DNA of 64,000 bases, taken from positions 384,001 to 448,000 of the forward strand of contig OZ252287.1 in assembly GCA_965250085.1 (NCBI GenBank). Direction: 5' to 3'. The translations under genes and the position numbers were made by a program. Under the pieces are notes generated by a model. The model did not search any database. It was not told where the DNA came from and saw only the letters and a list, made by a program, of their open reading frames with translations. Source of the stretch: Candidatus Altimarinota bacterium. GTDB taxonomy: Bacteria > Patescibacteriota > Gracilibacteria > CAIRYL01. Positions 46,974 through 56,919 of this stretch are shown here, in pieces. Numbering within the stretch: position 1 is the stretch's first letter; every line of letters starts with the position of its first letter.

Positions 46974-48155
46974 TTAAGGCTGACTCATTCCCGGGAGATT
47001 TTTCCCTTCCAAAAATTCAAGCATAGCTCCCCCTCCAGTAGAAACATGCGTAAAATTATCTTCTTGCATGTGAAGCTTTGTAAGCGCCTTGATTGTATCT
47101 CCTCCACCAAGAAGTGTAACCGCATTTGCGGCTCGAATGGCATCAGCCACTCTTTTGGTTCCCTCCAAAAATGGAGTGTACTCAAAAAGTCCCATGGGTC
47201 CATTCCAAATAATCATTTTTGCCTCTAGGAGTATACTGGAGAATTTTTCTGCCGATACAGGTCCAATATCCAATATTTTTTCTGATGGCTGCACCTCTTT
47301 GATATTTTTATGAGTTATCAGAGCTTTTTCCGAAATCTCTTCTGCAACAACAATATCTTCAGGAATCAGAAGTTCTACATTTTTTTCTTGAGCTTCTTGT
47401 AATATTTGTCGAGCAGTCTCCATTTTATCTGCTTGATACAAGGATTTTCCTATTTCATATCCTTGGGCAGCCAAGAAAGTATTTGCCAGTCCCCCACCAA
47501 TCAAAATCTGATCCGCAATGTCAAAAAAATTCCGAATAACCCCTATTTTTGTATCAATTTTTGCTCCTCCCATGACGACAGTGAGTGGATGATCAGGGGA
47601 CTCCATAACTCTTCCAAGCATCTCTACTTCCTTGTCTATGAGAAACCCAATGTAAGACGGGAGAAATCGCATGATACCTTGAGTAGAAGCATGTGCCCTA
47701 TGGGCTGTTCCAAATGCTTCCTGCACAAACAAGTCCACATGAGTAGCAAGCTCTTTAGCAAAACCATAATCATTTTCTACTTCTTCTGGATGGAATCTCG
47801 TGTTTTCCAAAAGGAGTATTTCTCCTGAAAATAATTTTTCCTTCTTTGCATTCACCTTTTCTCCAATGGTTTCATTTGTTTTTTGAACCTTTTTTTGCAG
47901 TAATTTTGAGAGTTTTTTTGCTACCGGATCAAGTCTGAGCTCTTCTACCACCTGTCCTTTCGGTCTCCCGAGATGTGACATCAGTATCACCGCTGCTCCT
48001 CGATCAAGGAGGTATTGAATTGTTGGAATCACCTTTTGAATACGAGAATCCTCTGTGATCTCCCCATCCTGCATTGGCACATTCAGGTCCACTCGCATGA
48101 GTACCTTCTTATTTGAAAGTTCTGCTGGATCAAGATCAGAAAGCTTTGGAAGCAT
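46974..48155 (-). CDS. pgk: Phosphoglycerate kinase
   Basis: RVDLNVP, SHLGRP, LLENTRF, AFGTAHRAHAS, WNGPMG.FE, STGGGA.LE.LEG. Confidence 0.98.
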   Translation of the reverse strand: MLPKLSDLDPAELSNKKVLMRVDLNVPMQDGEITEDSRIQKVIPTIQYLLDRGAAVILMSHLGRPKGQVVEELRLDPVAKKLSKLLQKKVQKTNETIGEKVNAKKEKLFSGEILLLENTRFHPEEVENDYGFAKELATHVDLFVQEAFGTAHRAHASTQGIMRFLPSYIGFLIDKEVEMLGRVMESPDHPLTVVMGGAKIDTKIGVIRNFFDIADQILIGGGLANTFLAAQGYEIGKSLYQADKMETARQILQEAQEKNVELLIPEDIVVAEEISEKALITHKNIKEVQPSEKILDIGPVSAEKFSSILLEAKMIIWNGPMGLFEYTPFLEGTKRVADAIRAANAVTLLGGGDTIKALTKLHMQEDNFTHVSTGGGAMLEFLEGKNLPGMSQP

Positions 48156-48214
48156 GTATACAAAAAAACCCTTTAGAGTATAGAGAGATTCGTGAGTAGG
48201 ATCAAAACAGAAAG

Positions 48215-48598
48215 CTAAGCAGGGTCTGCAACAGCTCTCATTCTCTTTCTTGAGTCACCTACCATTCCCATGACTTTTCCAAATGATCGCGTCAACTCCT
48301 GCATGGGCAAAGCGCCTGTAAGAAAATTATTAAAGTCCTTTATGTACGCAGGGTGAGTAAAGATTTGTTGTAATTTTTTTTCATCAAGCCCTATTGACGC
48401 TCCAGCAGAGAGATCTAAAGCAGGGAAATGCGATCCTAAGAAAAACTTAATCTGTCTTTCAACAAATTTTTCCATTTCTGGATCTTGCAAAAGAAGCTCT
48501 GCATTACTTCGGTCTACTACCTCTTGTGCAAGCTCAGTATAAATATTGCTCTGAGGATTTACCTCTGGGATTCGCGAGATTTCTGAAGGAAGAATCAT
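48215..48598 (-). CDS. Hypothetical protein (orphan)
   Basis: 127-aa ORF with upstream TTGACG-16-TAGCAT. Confidence 0.55.
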   Translation of the reverse strand: MILPSEISRIPEVNPQSNIYTELAQEVVDRSNAELLLQDPEMEKFVERQIKFFLGSHFPALDLSAGASIGLDEKKLQQIFTHPAYIKDFNNFLTGALPMQELTRSFGKVMGMVGDSRKRMRAVADPA

Positions 48599-48712
48599 AT
48601 ATTTATAAGGCTTGGACTCACCATGCTATCAAAATATTGACATACGTCAATGTAATATTGCATAAAAACTGTATTCACATAAAAACCTACCCCCAATAGA
48701 ATATGTTTTCTT

Positions 48713-48970
48713 TTATTTCTTTGAAGGAGGTCCCGATGTAATAAGATTTTCTTTCTTTTTCTTTGTCCAACTTTTAATTTGGCTCTCCCGTTTCATAGCC
48801 TCTGATCTATTCAGAAATTCTTCGAAATAAACAATTTTAACCGGTCTTCTTTGTCGAGTATATTTTGCTCCTTCTCCGGAATTATGCTTCTGTTCTCGGA
48901 CCGTAACATTTTTACAATATCCAGTATAAAGAGAATTATCTGCACAACGGGCTAAATAGGTAAAATACAT
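48713..48970 (-). CDS. Small GIY-YIG nuclease (UPF0213-like)
   Basis: Y...C.D.SLYTG, R..HN.G.GAKYT..RRPV, A.KRE..IK. Confidence 0.9.
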   Translation of the reverse strand: MYFTYLARCADNSLYTGYCKNVTVREQKHNSGEGAKYTRQRRPVKIVYFEEFLNRSEAMKRESQIKSWTKKKKENLITSGPPSKK

Positions 48971-49021
48971 AATCGAAAATATTAGAGTTTAGAGGGCTCT
49001 TCAGCTCAACACAAAATATCA

Positions 49022-49333
49022 ATGGGCTCAGTCCATGAACAAGAAACTGCTGTAAACAGTAACGAGTCGAATGGTGGGGGTTCACACGCGTACATTGAAC
49101 CAACTACACAAAGGGTTCAGGAGTACTTTTTGGAAAAACATGGTAGAAAGCCAACTTTGGAGGAAGTTATAAATTTTGAAGAACCTTTACAGGCACGAAT
49201 TGAACCTGAAGCCAAATGGGTTGAATTTGAGAAAAACTTAATTGAACTGGTGGATAGAGAATATTTTGTGTTTTGTCGATGGTGTGATGGGAATCGGGAG
49301 GCTGTGGAGGAATTGGTTGAAATAATGAAATGA
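49022..49333 (+). CDS. Hypothetical protein
   Basis: 103-aa ORF. Confidence 0.5.
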   Translation: MGSVHEQETAVNSNESNGGGSHAYIEPTTQRVQEYFLEKHGRKPTLEEVINFEEPLQARIEPEAKWVEFEKNLIELVDREYFVFCRWCDGNREAVEELVEIMK

Positions 49334-49342
49334 ATTATTTTT

Positions 49343-50052
49343 GGCTCTAGAGTAGGAGATTTTAAAAATCTCTGATAATTTTGGACATTATAACAAAAAT
49401 ATCTTGATCTTTATAGTTCCATCGCCACTCACATTCTTTGAGGTGAAAGTTAAACTTGTGAGAAGCAATTCCGTTAAACTTAGAGAGTCTTCTTTTCGCA
49501 AAAGACCAAAAGGATTCAATACCATTTACATGACATTTTCCTCGTGCAAATTCATTTTCTGAGTGATGAATACGATAGTGATCATATCCATTGAGAATGA
49601 GTCCATCATAAGCTCTCCATCCATCAGTATGAATAGTTGATCCTTCTAGTATTTTTCCTTGAATAATAGGTAGGAGCTCTTTTCTGGAGCAATCTTTTAC
49701 AATAGAAACAAATACCCTTCCTTCTCTTTGAAGGATTCCAAAGACAGGAGTCTTTCCTGCGGCTCCTCTTCCTCTCTTTCCTCTCACTCTCTTTGCTCCA
49801 AAGTAACTTTCATCAAGTTCAAATTCTCCAAAACTCTTTGACTGTGCTAAAGAGAACTTTGCAATCTTTTCTCTAAAAATATTAAAATATCGATCAACCG
49901 TTCTCCGATTGAGATCTAGAATATTTGCTGTTTTTGATGCATTGAGATCTTCACAAAAACACTTCAATATTTTTTTGATCTTATAATTCGATATTTTACT
50001 GTGTTTAAGCATGTTAAGAGAATAATTGAAGTAATTATTCTACTCAAGAGCC
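49343..50052 (-). mobile_element. IS1595-family (IS1016-like) insertion sequence, 710 bp
   Basis: Imperfect TIRs GGCTCTAGAGTAG / GGCTCTTGAGTAG; 8-bp flanks TTATTTTT / TAATTTTT. Confidence 0.88.
49362..50012 (-). CDS. IS1595-family DDE transposase
   Basis: ELDESYFG..R.RGKRGRGAAGK.PVFG, HTDGW..Y, H.NGIESFW. Confidence 0.95.
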   Translation of the reverse strand: MLKHSKISNYKIKKILKCFCEDLNASKTANILDLNRRTVDRYFNIFREKIAKFSLAQSKSFGEFELDESYFGAKRVRGKRGRGAAGKTPVFGILQREGRVFVSIVKDCSRKELLPIIQGKILEGSTIHTDGWRAYDGLILNGYDHYRIHHSENEFARGKCHVNGIESFWSFAKRRLSKFNGIASHKFNFHLKECEWRWNYKDQDIFVIMSKIIRDF

Positions 50053-50793
50053 TAATTTTTTTAAATGCTGTCTTTCATATGCTTCAATAATTTTTTGTAA
50101 TAATTCCGTTGGTTTAACTTCATATTTTTTAAACTCTTTTATATTTTCAGCTTTCAAATGCAATTGCCCTTCTCCCTTATTCCCTCGATGTTGTCCTTTC
50201 GAGTAATATTTATTTTTCGCTACTTCTTTTGAGGCTAAAACCCAGTATTTTATTGTATCTCTCCATACTCCAACCCATACAAAAACATCACAACATTTAG
50301 GTTTCACTTGTTGAAAATTCATATCGAATGGGAGTTTTGATTCCCATGCAAGCGCTTTTACATACAATGCTTCTCTACTGTTAAAATCAACCGCCCTTGA
50401 AGCCTTTACTTCAATTTTGATTTGCTCTCCATTTGTGAGATTGTGTAAAAAATCATACTGTCCAGAATAATTTTCATCTAACTTTTTTGTTGGTTTTATA
50501 AGTTCAGGAGCAATTTCTTTTAAATGCCCCTGTGCCCATTGTTCACCGAAAGTTCTTGGTGCAGAAATCTCAAAAATATGGAGATATAAGTTTCGTGCAA
50601 TGTATTCATCGCGAATTTCTAAATAATCATCAATTGTTATTTTTCCAAGCCCGAGAAGAGTTGAAATAATATACTCATATTCATTGAATGGATATATTGA
50701 GATAAGATTTCCCAACCTATCTCTCAGTGATTTATTGTCTTTTTTAGACAATGAATTGATAAGTTCTTCGAGTTTTTTCTTTAGAATTTCCAT
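50044..50793 (-). CDS. Putative type II restriction endonuclease (PD-(D/E)xK)
   Basis: YDFL...IEVKAS motif, FQQ.K; 4 bp downstream of a DNA methyltransferase. Confidence 0.65.
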   Translation of the reverse strand: MEILKKKLEELINSLSKKDNKSLRDRLGNLISIYPFNEYEYIISTLLGLGKITIDDYLEIRDEYIARNLYLHIFEISAPRTFGEQWAQGHLKEIAPELIKPTKKLDENYSGQYDFLHNLTNGEQIKIEVKASRAVDFNSREALYVKALAWESKLPFDMNFQQVKPKCCDVFVWVGVWRDTIKYWVLASKEVAKNKYYSKGQHRGNKGEGQLHLKAENIKEFKKYEVKPTELLQKIIEAYERQHLKKLGS

Positions 50794-50797
50794 AATG

Positions 50798-52762
50798 CTA
50801 TTTTAAAAAGTTAGTAACATATTCAATCTCTTTTTCTGAAAAATTAAATTGTGCAAAAATGTATTTATCAAGTTTTTCAAAAGAAGATTGGTTATTGATA
50901 ATTTCATCAACAAGAGAGACAATCTCTTTTAGTACTTCATCCTTCCAAAGAGGTATCGGCATTTGTTCAATATGATTTCGTAAAACTTTTATGCTTGAAA
51001 ATTTTTTCTGAAAAATAAACTGATATAAAGAAGAATTAAACAATGCAGAAATAACTTTGATTGAATAATTTTCAAGTTTAGGAATAACAATATTAGCACT
51101 ATTTAAAGTAAGTTGTTGCTTGTCATCATAGGCAAATACTAATTTTTTTGAAATAAATTTATAAATTAGTTTTTCTTTTGCACGATATTTTTCGATAGGG
51201 GCAACTTGTTGAAATTTATCAGGAGTAAATAATATATAATTTGACGGAGCTTTCAATTTAAATTTTTCAACATCTTTTCCTTTATAGATTGGCTCAAAAT
51301 CTTTTTGATGCTCTGTGACAATATGTTTTTTATTGTCTCCTGTTACAATTCCAAGTGCCCAATCAGCATTGTTCAGTAAATTTGTGTGCTTGGTATTATA
51401 AACTTTTTCAATAATATCCATATCTATATCATTGGCGTGGATATTGAAAACAAAATCTTGATTACTTTCCCATTTTGATTGAGGGATATTATAATTTTCT
51501 TCATCTTTTATGATTTCAATTTCTTGTAAACTTTCTTCTTTTGTTATATCTAATCGTATTACAGGAGTGAAAACATTTTTAAAAACTCTGTTGAGGTAAA
51601 AAACTTTCTTGATTTGTGTATTTTTTAAAATTATCTCCCTTATATCTTTATGTGTTTTTACATTTAAAATTGATTCAGGAAGAACAAAAGAAATAATTCC
51701 TTTGTCATTTAATAAATCAATACTTTTCTTTAAAAAATAAGAAAATGACTCAAAGGATTGTATTTGTGGGTATAAAGTTTTTAATTTTTCATTATCATTT
51801 TTTGAAAAATGAACTCCCCAAGGTGGATTTGTTGCAATAACATCAAAATCTTTAATATTTTCATCATTTAAACTAAAGAGGTCGTAATTTCCAATTTCAA
51901 AAAGTGTATTTTTACAAACAATATTTGGTGCAAAATCTATATTCTTATATTTCACAAGTAAATTTAATCGAGCAATTCTAACGGCAATCTCGTCAATATC
52001 TACTCCATAAATATTTTTTGGGTCTTCAATTTTATCTGCAAAAGCAAGTAAAAATTGTCCAGTACCGCAACAAGGATCAAGCACCTTTGAATCCTCTTTT
52101 ACATAATCTGAAATAATTTTGCTGACAATATTTTCTGGTGTGTAATATGATCCATTCTGTGATTTTTTCCCTTCTGATAAAAGTGATTGATAGATAAAGC
52201 CTAAAATATCTCTTTGCGTTGGTAGTTGATAACTAAGCAAAAAAGAATACTCTGGTGTAATTTTATTTACATCAATTTCGGATTGCCATGATTTTAACTC
52301 TTCATTGACTTGTTTATTATTTGAAATAATTACTTTTCCAAGAATAATATCTTGAATATCTATTGTTGTAATAATATTTTCTTTTTTTAGTAGATTAAGA
52401 GATAAAAGAAAAAGAGATGTTTTTATACTTGTCTTTCTTCCGTGAATAAAAGAAATTATTGGATCAATATTACTAGACTCAATATTTGAGTTGAAATATT
52501 CATCAGGAATAAACATTTTTTTAGATTTTGATTTATTTGCTCGTCCATTTAATTTATTTATTTCTCCATTTTTAATATTGTTTTTTACTTTCTGAATTTC
52601 TTGAAAATAAAAATTATATTTATTATTTGAAATAGGTCTTAAATCTCCACATTTAGTCCAATTACGAACAGTTGCAGTGGAAACACCAAGAAGAAGTGCA
52701 ACATCTTCAATGTTTACAATTTCTTTTTCCCCCATAAGTGGTGTCATTGTGCTATTTTGCAT
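50798..52762 (-). CDS. N6-adenine DNA methyltransferase (gamma/TaqI-like) with N-terminal HTH
   Basis: YYTP, LDPCCGTG.F, G.DID, NPPW; VA.LLGVS.ATVRNW HTH; TaqI-like C-terminal TRD. Confidence 0.9.
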   Translation of the reverse strand: MQNSTMTPLMGEKEIVNIEDVALLLGVSTATVRNWTKCGDLRPISNNKYNFYFQEIQKVKNNIKNGEINKLNGRANKSKSKKMFIPDEYFNSNIESSNIDPIISFIHGRKTSIKTSLFLLSLNLLKKENIITTIDIQDIILGKVIISNNKQVNEELKSWQSEIDVNKITPEYSFLLSYQLPTQRDILGFIYQSLLSEGKKSQNGSYYTPENIVSKIISDYVKEDSKVLDPCCGTGQFLLAFADKIEDPKNIYGVDIDEIAVRIARLNLLVKYKNIDFAPNIVCKNTLFEIGNYDLFSLNDENIKDFDVIATNPPWGVHFSKNDNEKLKTLYPQIQSFESFSYFLKKSIDLLNDKGIISFVLPESILNVKTHKDIREIILKNTQIKKVFYLNRVFKNVFTPVIRLDITKEESLQEIEIIKDEENYNIPQSKWESNQDFVFNIHANDIDMDIIEKVYNTKHTNLLNNADWALGIVTGDNKKHIVTEHQKDFEPIYKGKDVEKFKLKAPSNYILFTPDKFQQVAPIEKYRAKEKLIYKFISKKLVFAYDDKQQLTLNSANIVIPKLENYSIKVISALFNSSLYQFIFQKKFSSIKVLRNHIEQMPIPLWKDEVLKEIVSLVDEIINNQSSFEKLDKYIFAQFNFSEKEIEYVTNFLK

Positions 52763-53019
52763 AAAAAAAAGATATTTCTAATTGACTAATTATTCATTTT
52801 AAAGCATATCAATTGATTAAATTTTTTCAATACAAAAGGGTACATGCATTTTGCCACTACTCTTTTCTTGAACCGACAACCAAAAGGTCAAAAACCTCTC
52901 CAAATAGACATTTCTTGCCTAACAACCCCAACACGTTGCCAAATGGATACCCATTGTGTCAGGTTCGAACACAACAAAAAAATCCAATTCCGCTTAAAAT
53001 AGAATTTCATGAGTTGAAA

Positions 53020-53096
53020 TGGTGGGCGGTACTGGACTCGAACCAGTGACCTCCTGGGTGTAAACCAGATGCTCTAGCCAACTGAGCTAACCGCCC
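53020..53096 (-). tRNA. tRNA-Val (TAC)
   Basis: GGGCGGTTAGCTCAGTTGGCTAGAGCATCTGGTTTACACCCAGGAGGTCACTGGTTCGAGTCCAGTACCGCCCACCA. Confidence 0.96.
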
Positions 53097-53124
53097 TTAA
53101 GCGCCAGAAGAGTGTAGCGGAGAG

Positions 53125-54108
53125 CTATTTTGAAGGCAATAATTTTTTTAAATCTTCTGGGAGTTCTGACTCAAACTCCATCTGCTCCTCTGTTTCCGGA
53201 TGTTGAAAAGCAAGTTTGTGTGCATGAAGGAAGTGTCTTTTGAGGTCATATTGTTTCTGTAAAATTCTATTCCAAGCGAAGTCTCCATACGCATCATCTC
53301 CCGCTAATGGGTGGCCTATCGACGCAAAGTGTACACGAATTTGGTGCATGCGACCGGTGTCTAATGTAGCTTCCACAAGCGATGCATCAATATCTGAGAA
53401 GTATTTTTTGACGATATAGAGTGTGCGAGCGTCTTTTGCCTGATGAGACTGGGAAGTGCAAATTTTTGTGTACTTGCTTCCTTCAGTTCTGAGAAGTTTT
53501 GCCGTGATCTCTCCTTCGGACTTTTGAAGCCTTCCTTTGGAAAGTGCCAGATATGTTTTTTGAATTTCCCCCTCTCTAAAGAGTGCTGTGAGCTTTCGAA
53601 GCACAGCATCATTTTTTGCAATAAGAATAAGACCTGAAGTCTGTTTATCCAATCGATGTGCCAATTTTGGATCTGGAGCATCTGGATTTTTAGATTTTAT
53701 TTTTGCAAGAAATAGGTCAATAAGAGACCTCCCCCATGGGGTCTTGCTCCCAGGATGTACAGAAATTCCGGATGGTTTTTCGGCAACAAAGAGATGCTCA
53801 TCTTCATAATGAACATGAAAATTGTGATGAAAAAACTTGGATCGCAGAACAAAATTAAAATCGGGCTTCTTTTGAGGAGGAGGCTCTCCAAATGCAGTTG
53901 CATCAAAATAAAGAGAGAGAGCGTCTCCCTTTTGAAGCATCGTGTCTCGCTTGCCATAAAGTTTGTCTGAATCGCGAATAATTTTTACCTTTTTTTGTCG
54001 TAAAAACCGATAAATGGTCGAAAGAGGAATTTGTGAAAACTTCTTTCGGAGAAACTTATCAAGCCGCCGGCCATCATCATTGCCGGTGATCTGTATTTCT
54101 TCTGACAT
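53125..54108 (-). CDS. RluA-family pseudouridine synthase with S4 domain (RluC/D-like)
   Basis: RLDKFL, KP.G..VH, HRLDKQTSG, TGRMHQIRVH, GD..YG, LHA..L.F.HP. Confidence 0.93.
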   Translation of the reverse strand: MSEEIQITGNDDGRRLDKFLRKKFSQIPLSTIYRFLRQKKVKIIRDSDKLYGKRDTMLQKGDALSLYFDATAFGEPPPQKKPDFNFVLRSKFFHHNFHVHYEDEHLFVAEKPSGISVHPGSKTPWGRSLIDLFLAKIKSKNPDAPDPKLAHRLDKQTSGLILIAKNDAVLRKLTALFREGEIQKTYLALSKGRLQKSEGEITAKLLRTEGSKYTKICTSQSHQAKDARTLYIVKKYFSDIDASLVEATLDTGRMHQIRVHFASIGHPLAGDDAYGDFAWNRILQKQYDLKRHFLHAHKLAFQHPETEEQMEFESELPEDLKKLLPSK

Positions 54109-54313
54109 CAATACAAATGTTCTCATATGAAACAAAGGCGGACAATCTCTCTTACCAAGTATATGGAAGTAAGTCAGTAAATCAGTTGTAAGTTGTCAGT
54201 ATGGAGTTGTTTTTAGAAAGTTGAAGAATGAGAAAGAGATGAAAATGTAAACTGCTGAAGATACGATTTTGCTAATTGCCAAGAGCGAACATCTAAGAGC
54301 TGTTTTCACACAA

Positions 54314-54344
54314 GAAAAAGGCCTCAGTTGCCTGAGACCTTTTC
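54314..54344 (-). terminator. Putative intrinsic terminator after the poly-Asp gene
   Basis: aaaaggcctcag-ttgc-ctgagacctttt. Confidence 0.6.
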
Positions 54345-54378
54345 CCCCTTTTCCTTATTCAGGAAACAAAAATAAGAA

Positions 54379-55128
<750 letters not shown>

Positions 55129-55149
55129 AAGGAATAAAAATTAAAGACT

Positions 55150-55182
55150 AAAAAAGCGGAGTGAATATACTCCCGCTTTTTT
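55150..55182. terminator. Bidirectional-looking intrinsic terminator
   Basis: aaaaaagcggagt-gaatat-actcccgctttttt. Confidence 0.65.
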
Positions 55183-55299
55183 CTCTTGTACATTCCATGA
55201 TTATATTTTTTGTTGCATAAGTAACAATTTATTCATTTTTCATTCAGGCAACAAAAAGACTCCTCAGTTGCTACCTTAAAATCATTCCATGGAATCATT

Positions 55300-55920
55300 C
55301 TATGCTGAACGTGTAATTTTAGTCTCAACGTCCTTTTTCAGAGCAAGTCGTCTTCCAATTAAAATCGACGCATTCGCTTTATCTACAAGCCTCTGATACA
55401 AAGAAACCGTTTTTTTCATGTCTTTAATTTCGTTTTGGATAGTGGTGCTTTCTAGCATTGATTGAAGTATGCCAATTTCAGCATTTGCTATTCTAATTTG
55501 GATTTCTATAAATTCGAGAATTTCTTTATCTGTTATTTTTGCACTATCAACAGCCATCTCTGCCATCGTCTTGTCAGCGATTCTTTCTGCAAAATCAGCC
55601 ACCAGCTTTACAGCTCTTGGAACGTATTTTTCTTCAAGATACCCGCGCCATTTGAATCCCAAAGCTTCGTCGTGTTGATTATCTACAAGCTGTCTCATCA
55701 AGCCAATATCATCAGGCTCATATCTTGTTTCAGCATTTAGTAAAAGTATGAAGCGAATATTGTCTGAGTTTGAGTCTAGTTTCCGAAACAATAATCGAGC
55801 TTTCTCCCTGACGGTAGTCAATAACTGTTCCTCTTCCTCTTTTGCTACTTCTATTAACTGTTTATAATCTTGCAGGGGGCTCTCCTGAGCGCTTGGAGAA
55901 TTATCTGGAGTTTCAGGCAT
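55300..55920 (-). CDS. Hypothetical protein (orphan, helical)
   Basis: 206-aa ORF with upstream TTGTAT-17-TACAAT. Confidence 0.65.
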   Translation of the reverse strand: MPETPDNSPSAQESPLQDYKQLIEVAKEEEEQLLTTVREKARLLFRKLDSNSDNIRFILLLNAETRYEPDDIGLMRQLVDNQHDEALGFKWRGYLEEKYVPRAVKLVADFAERIADKTMAEMAVDSAKITDKEILEFIEIQIRIANAEIGILQSMLESTTIQNEIKDMKKTVSLYQRLVDKANASILIGRRLALKKDVETKITRSA

Positions 55921-56125
55921 AAGGCAATAGTTAAAATATATCGTGTCATTGTATCACATTTTATGAAATTATACAATCAGTTTTTCCTTATTTTATACCT
56001 TTTAGAAGGGTAAAAATATTAATGGAAACATTTGATATACATCAATACCGCAAAATACAAAAAAGCAGTACCTCTCTCTGGCTTTACTTATTTTTCTGCT
56101 TTAATTCTTACCGCTTATGATTTTG

Positions 56126-56755
56126 CTAATTGTTTTTGACAATATGGTCCACAAGACCATATGACTTGGCCTCTTCCGCTGTCATAAACTTGTCTCGCTC
56201 TGTGTCCTGTTGCACCTGATCCAATGGCTTCCCCGTGTGCTTTGCAATCAGTTCATTGAGGATATTTTTGGTTTGCAATATGTGCTCTGCTGCAATAGCG
56301 ATCTCTGTAGCCTGTCCCTCTGCTCCACCTAGAGGTTGGTGAATCATGACTTCTGAATGTGGCAAAATAAATCGCTTCCCCTTTGCTCCTCCCATGAGAA
56401 TAATAGCTCCTCCTGAGGCTGCGAGTCCTACACACACCGTTGCTACATCAGGTGCAACATAGTTCATAGTGTCGTACATCGCCAGAGTAGCCGTCACACT
56501 TCCTCCTGGAGAATTTACATAGAGTGTAATATCTTTTTTTGGATCTTGCTTTTCCAAAAATAGCAACTGTGCAATCACTGTATTGGCAACAGCATCATTT
56601 ATTTGCGATCCCAAGAAAATAATTCGCTCTTCCAGGAGTCGAGAATAAATATCATACGCCCGCTCTCCTTGTGGTGTTTTGTCTATTACTGTCGGTACGA
56701 GGACATTGTTTTGTGGTGGGGTGAAATTTTTTGTCTGGGAGGTGATTTGGTGCAT
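56126..56755 (-). CDS. clpP: ATP-dependent Clp protease proteolytic subunit
   Basis: [41 protein letters not shown]. Confidence 0.97.
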   Translation of the reverse strand: MHQITSQTKNFTPPQNNVLVPTVIDKTPQGERAYDIYSRLLEERIIFLGSQINDAVANTVIAQLLFLEKQDPKKDITLYVNSPGGSVTATLAMYDTMNYVAPDVATVCVGLAASGGAIILMGGAKGKRFILPHSEVMIHQPLGGAEGQATEIAIAAEHILQTKNILNELIAKHTGKPLDQVQQDTERDKFMTAEEAKSYGLVDHIVKNN

Positions 56756-56817
56756 TTTGTTGAGAAAAAATCATAAAAGATGGTTGCATATTTTTTTGAG
56801 GTGGGCAATGAATTAGG

Positions 56818-56916
56818 CTGTAATTTTTTAATTTTATAGATAATTTTTAAGCATTAATTTTTAAAAATTAGAAATTAGAATTTATTTAAAAATTAAAAAA
56901 TTAAAAACTAAAAATT
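56818..56916. repeat. Inverted pair of AT-rich 7-8-mer arrays (TAATTTT ... AAAATTA)
   Basis: taatttttaattttagataattttt...aaattagaaattagaatt...aaaattaaaaaattaaaaactaaaaatt. Confidence 0.65.
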
Positions 56917-56919
56917 GCT

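Noticed and set aside
52813-53049. 78-aa ORF ending WWAVLDSNQ as an integrase remnant
   Set aside because: The end is simply antisense tRNA-Val; no recombinase motifs are present
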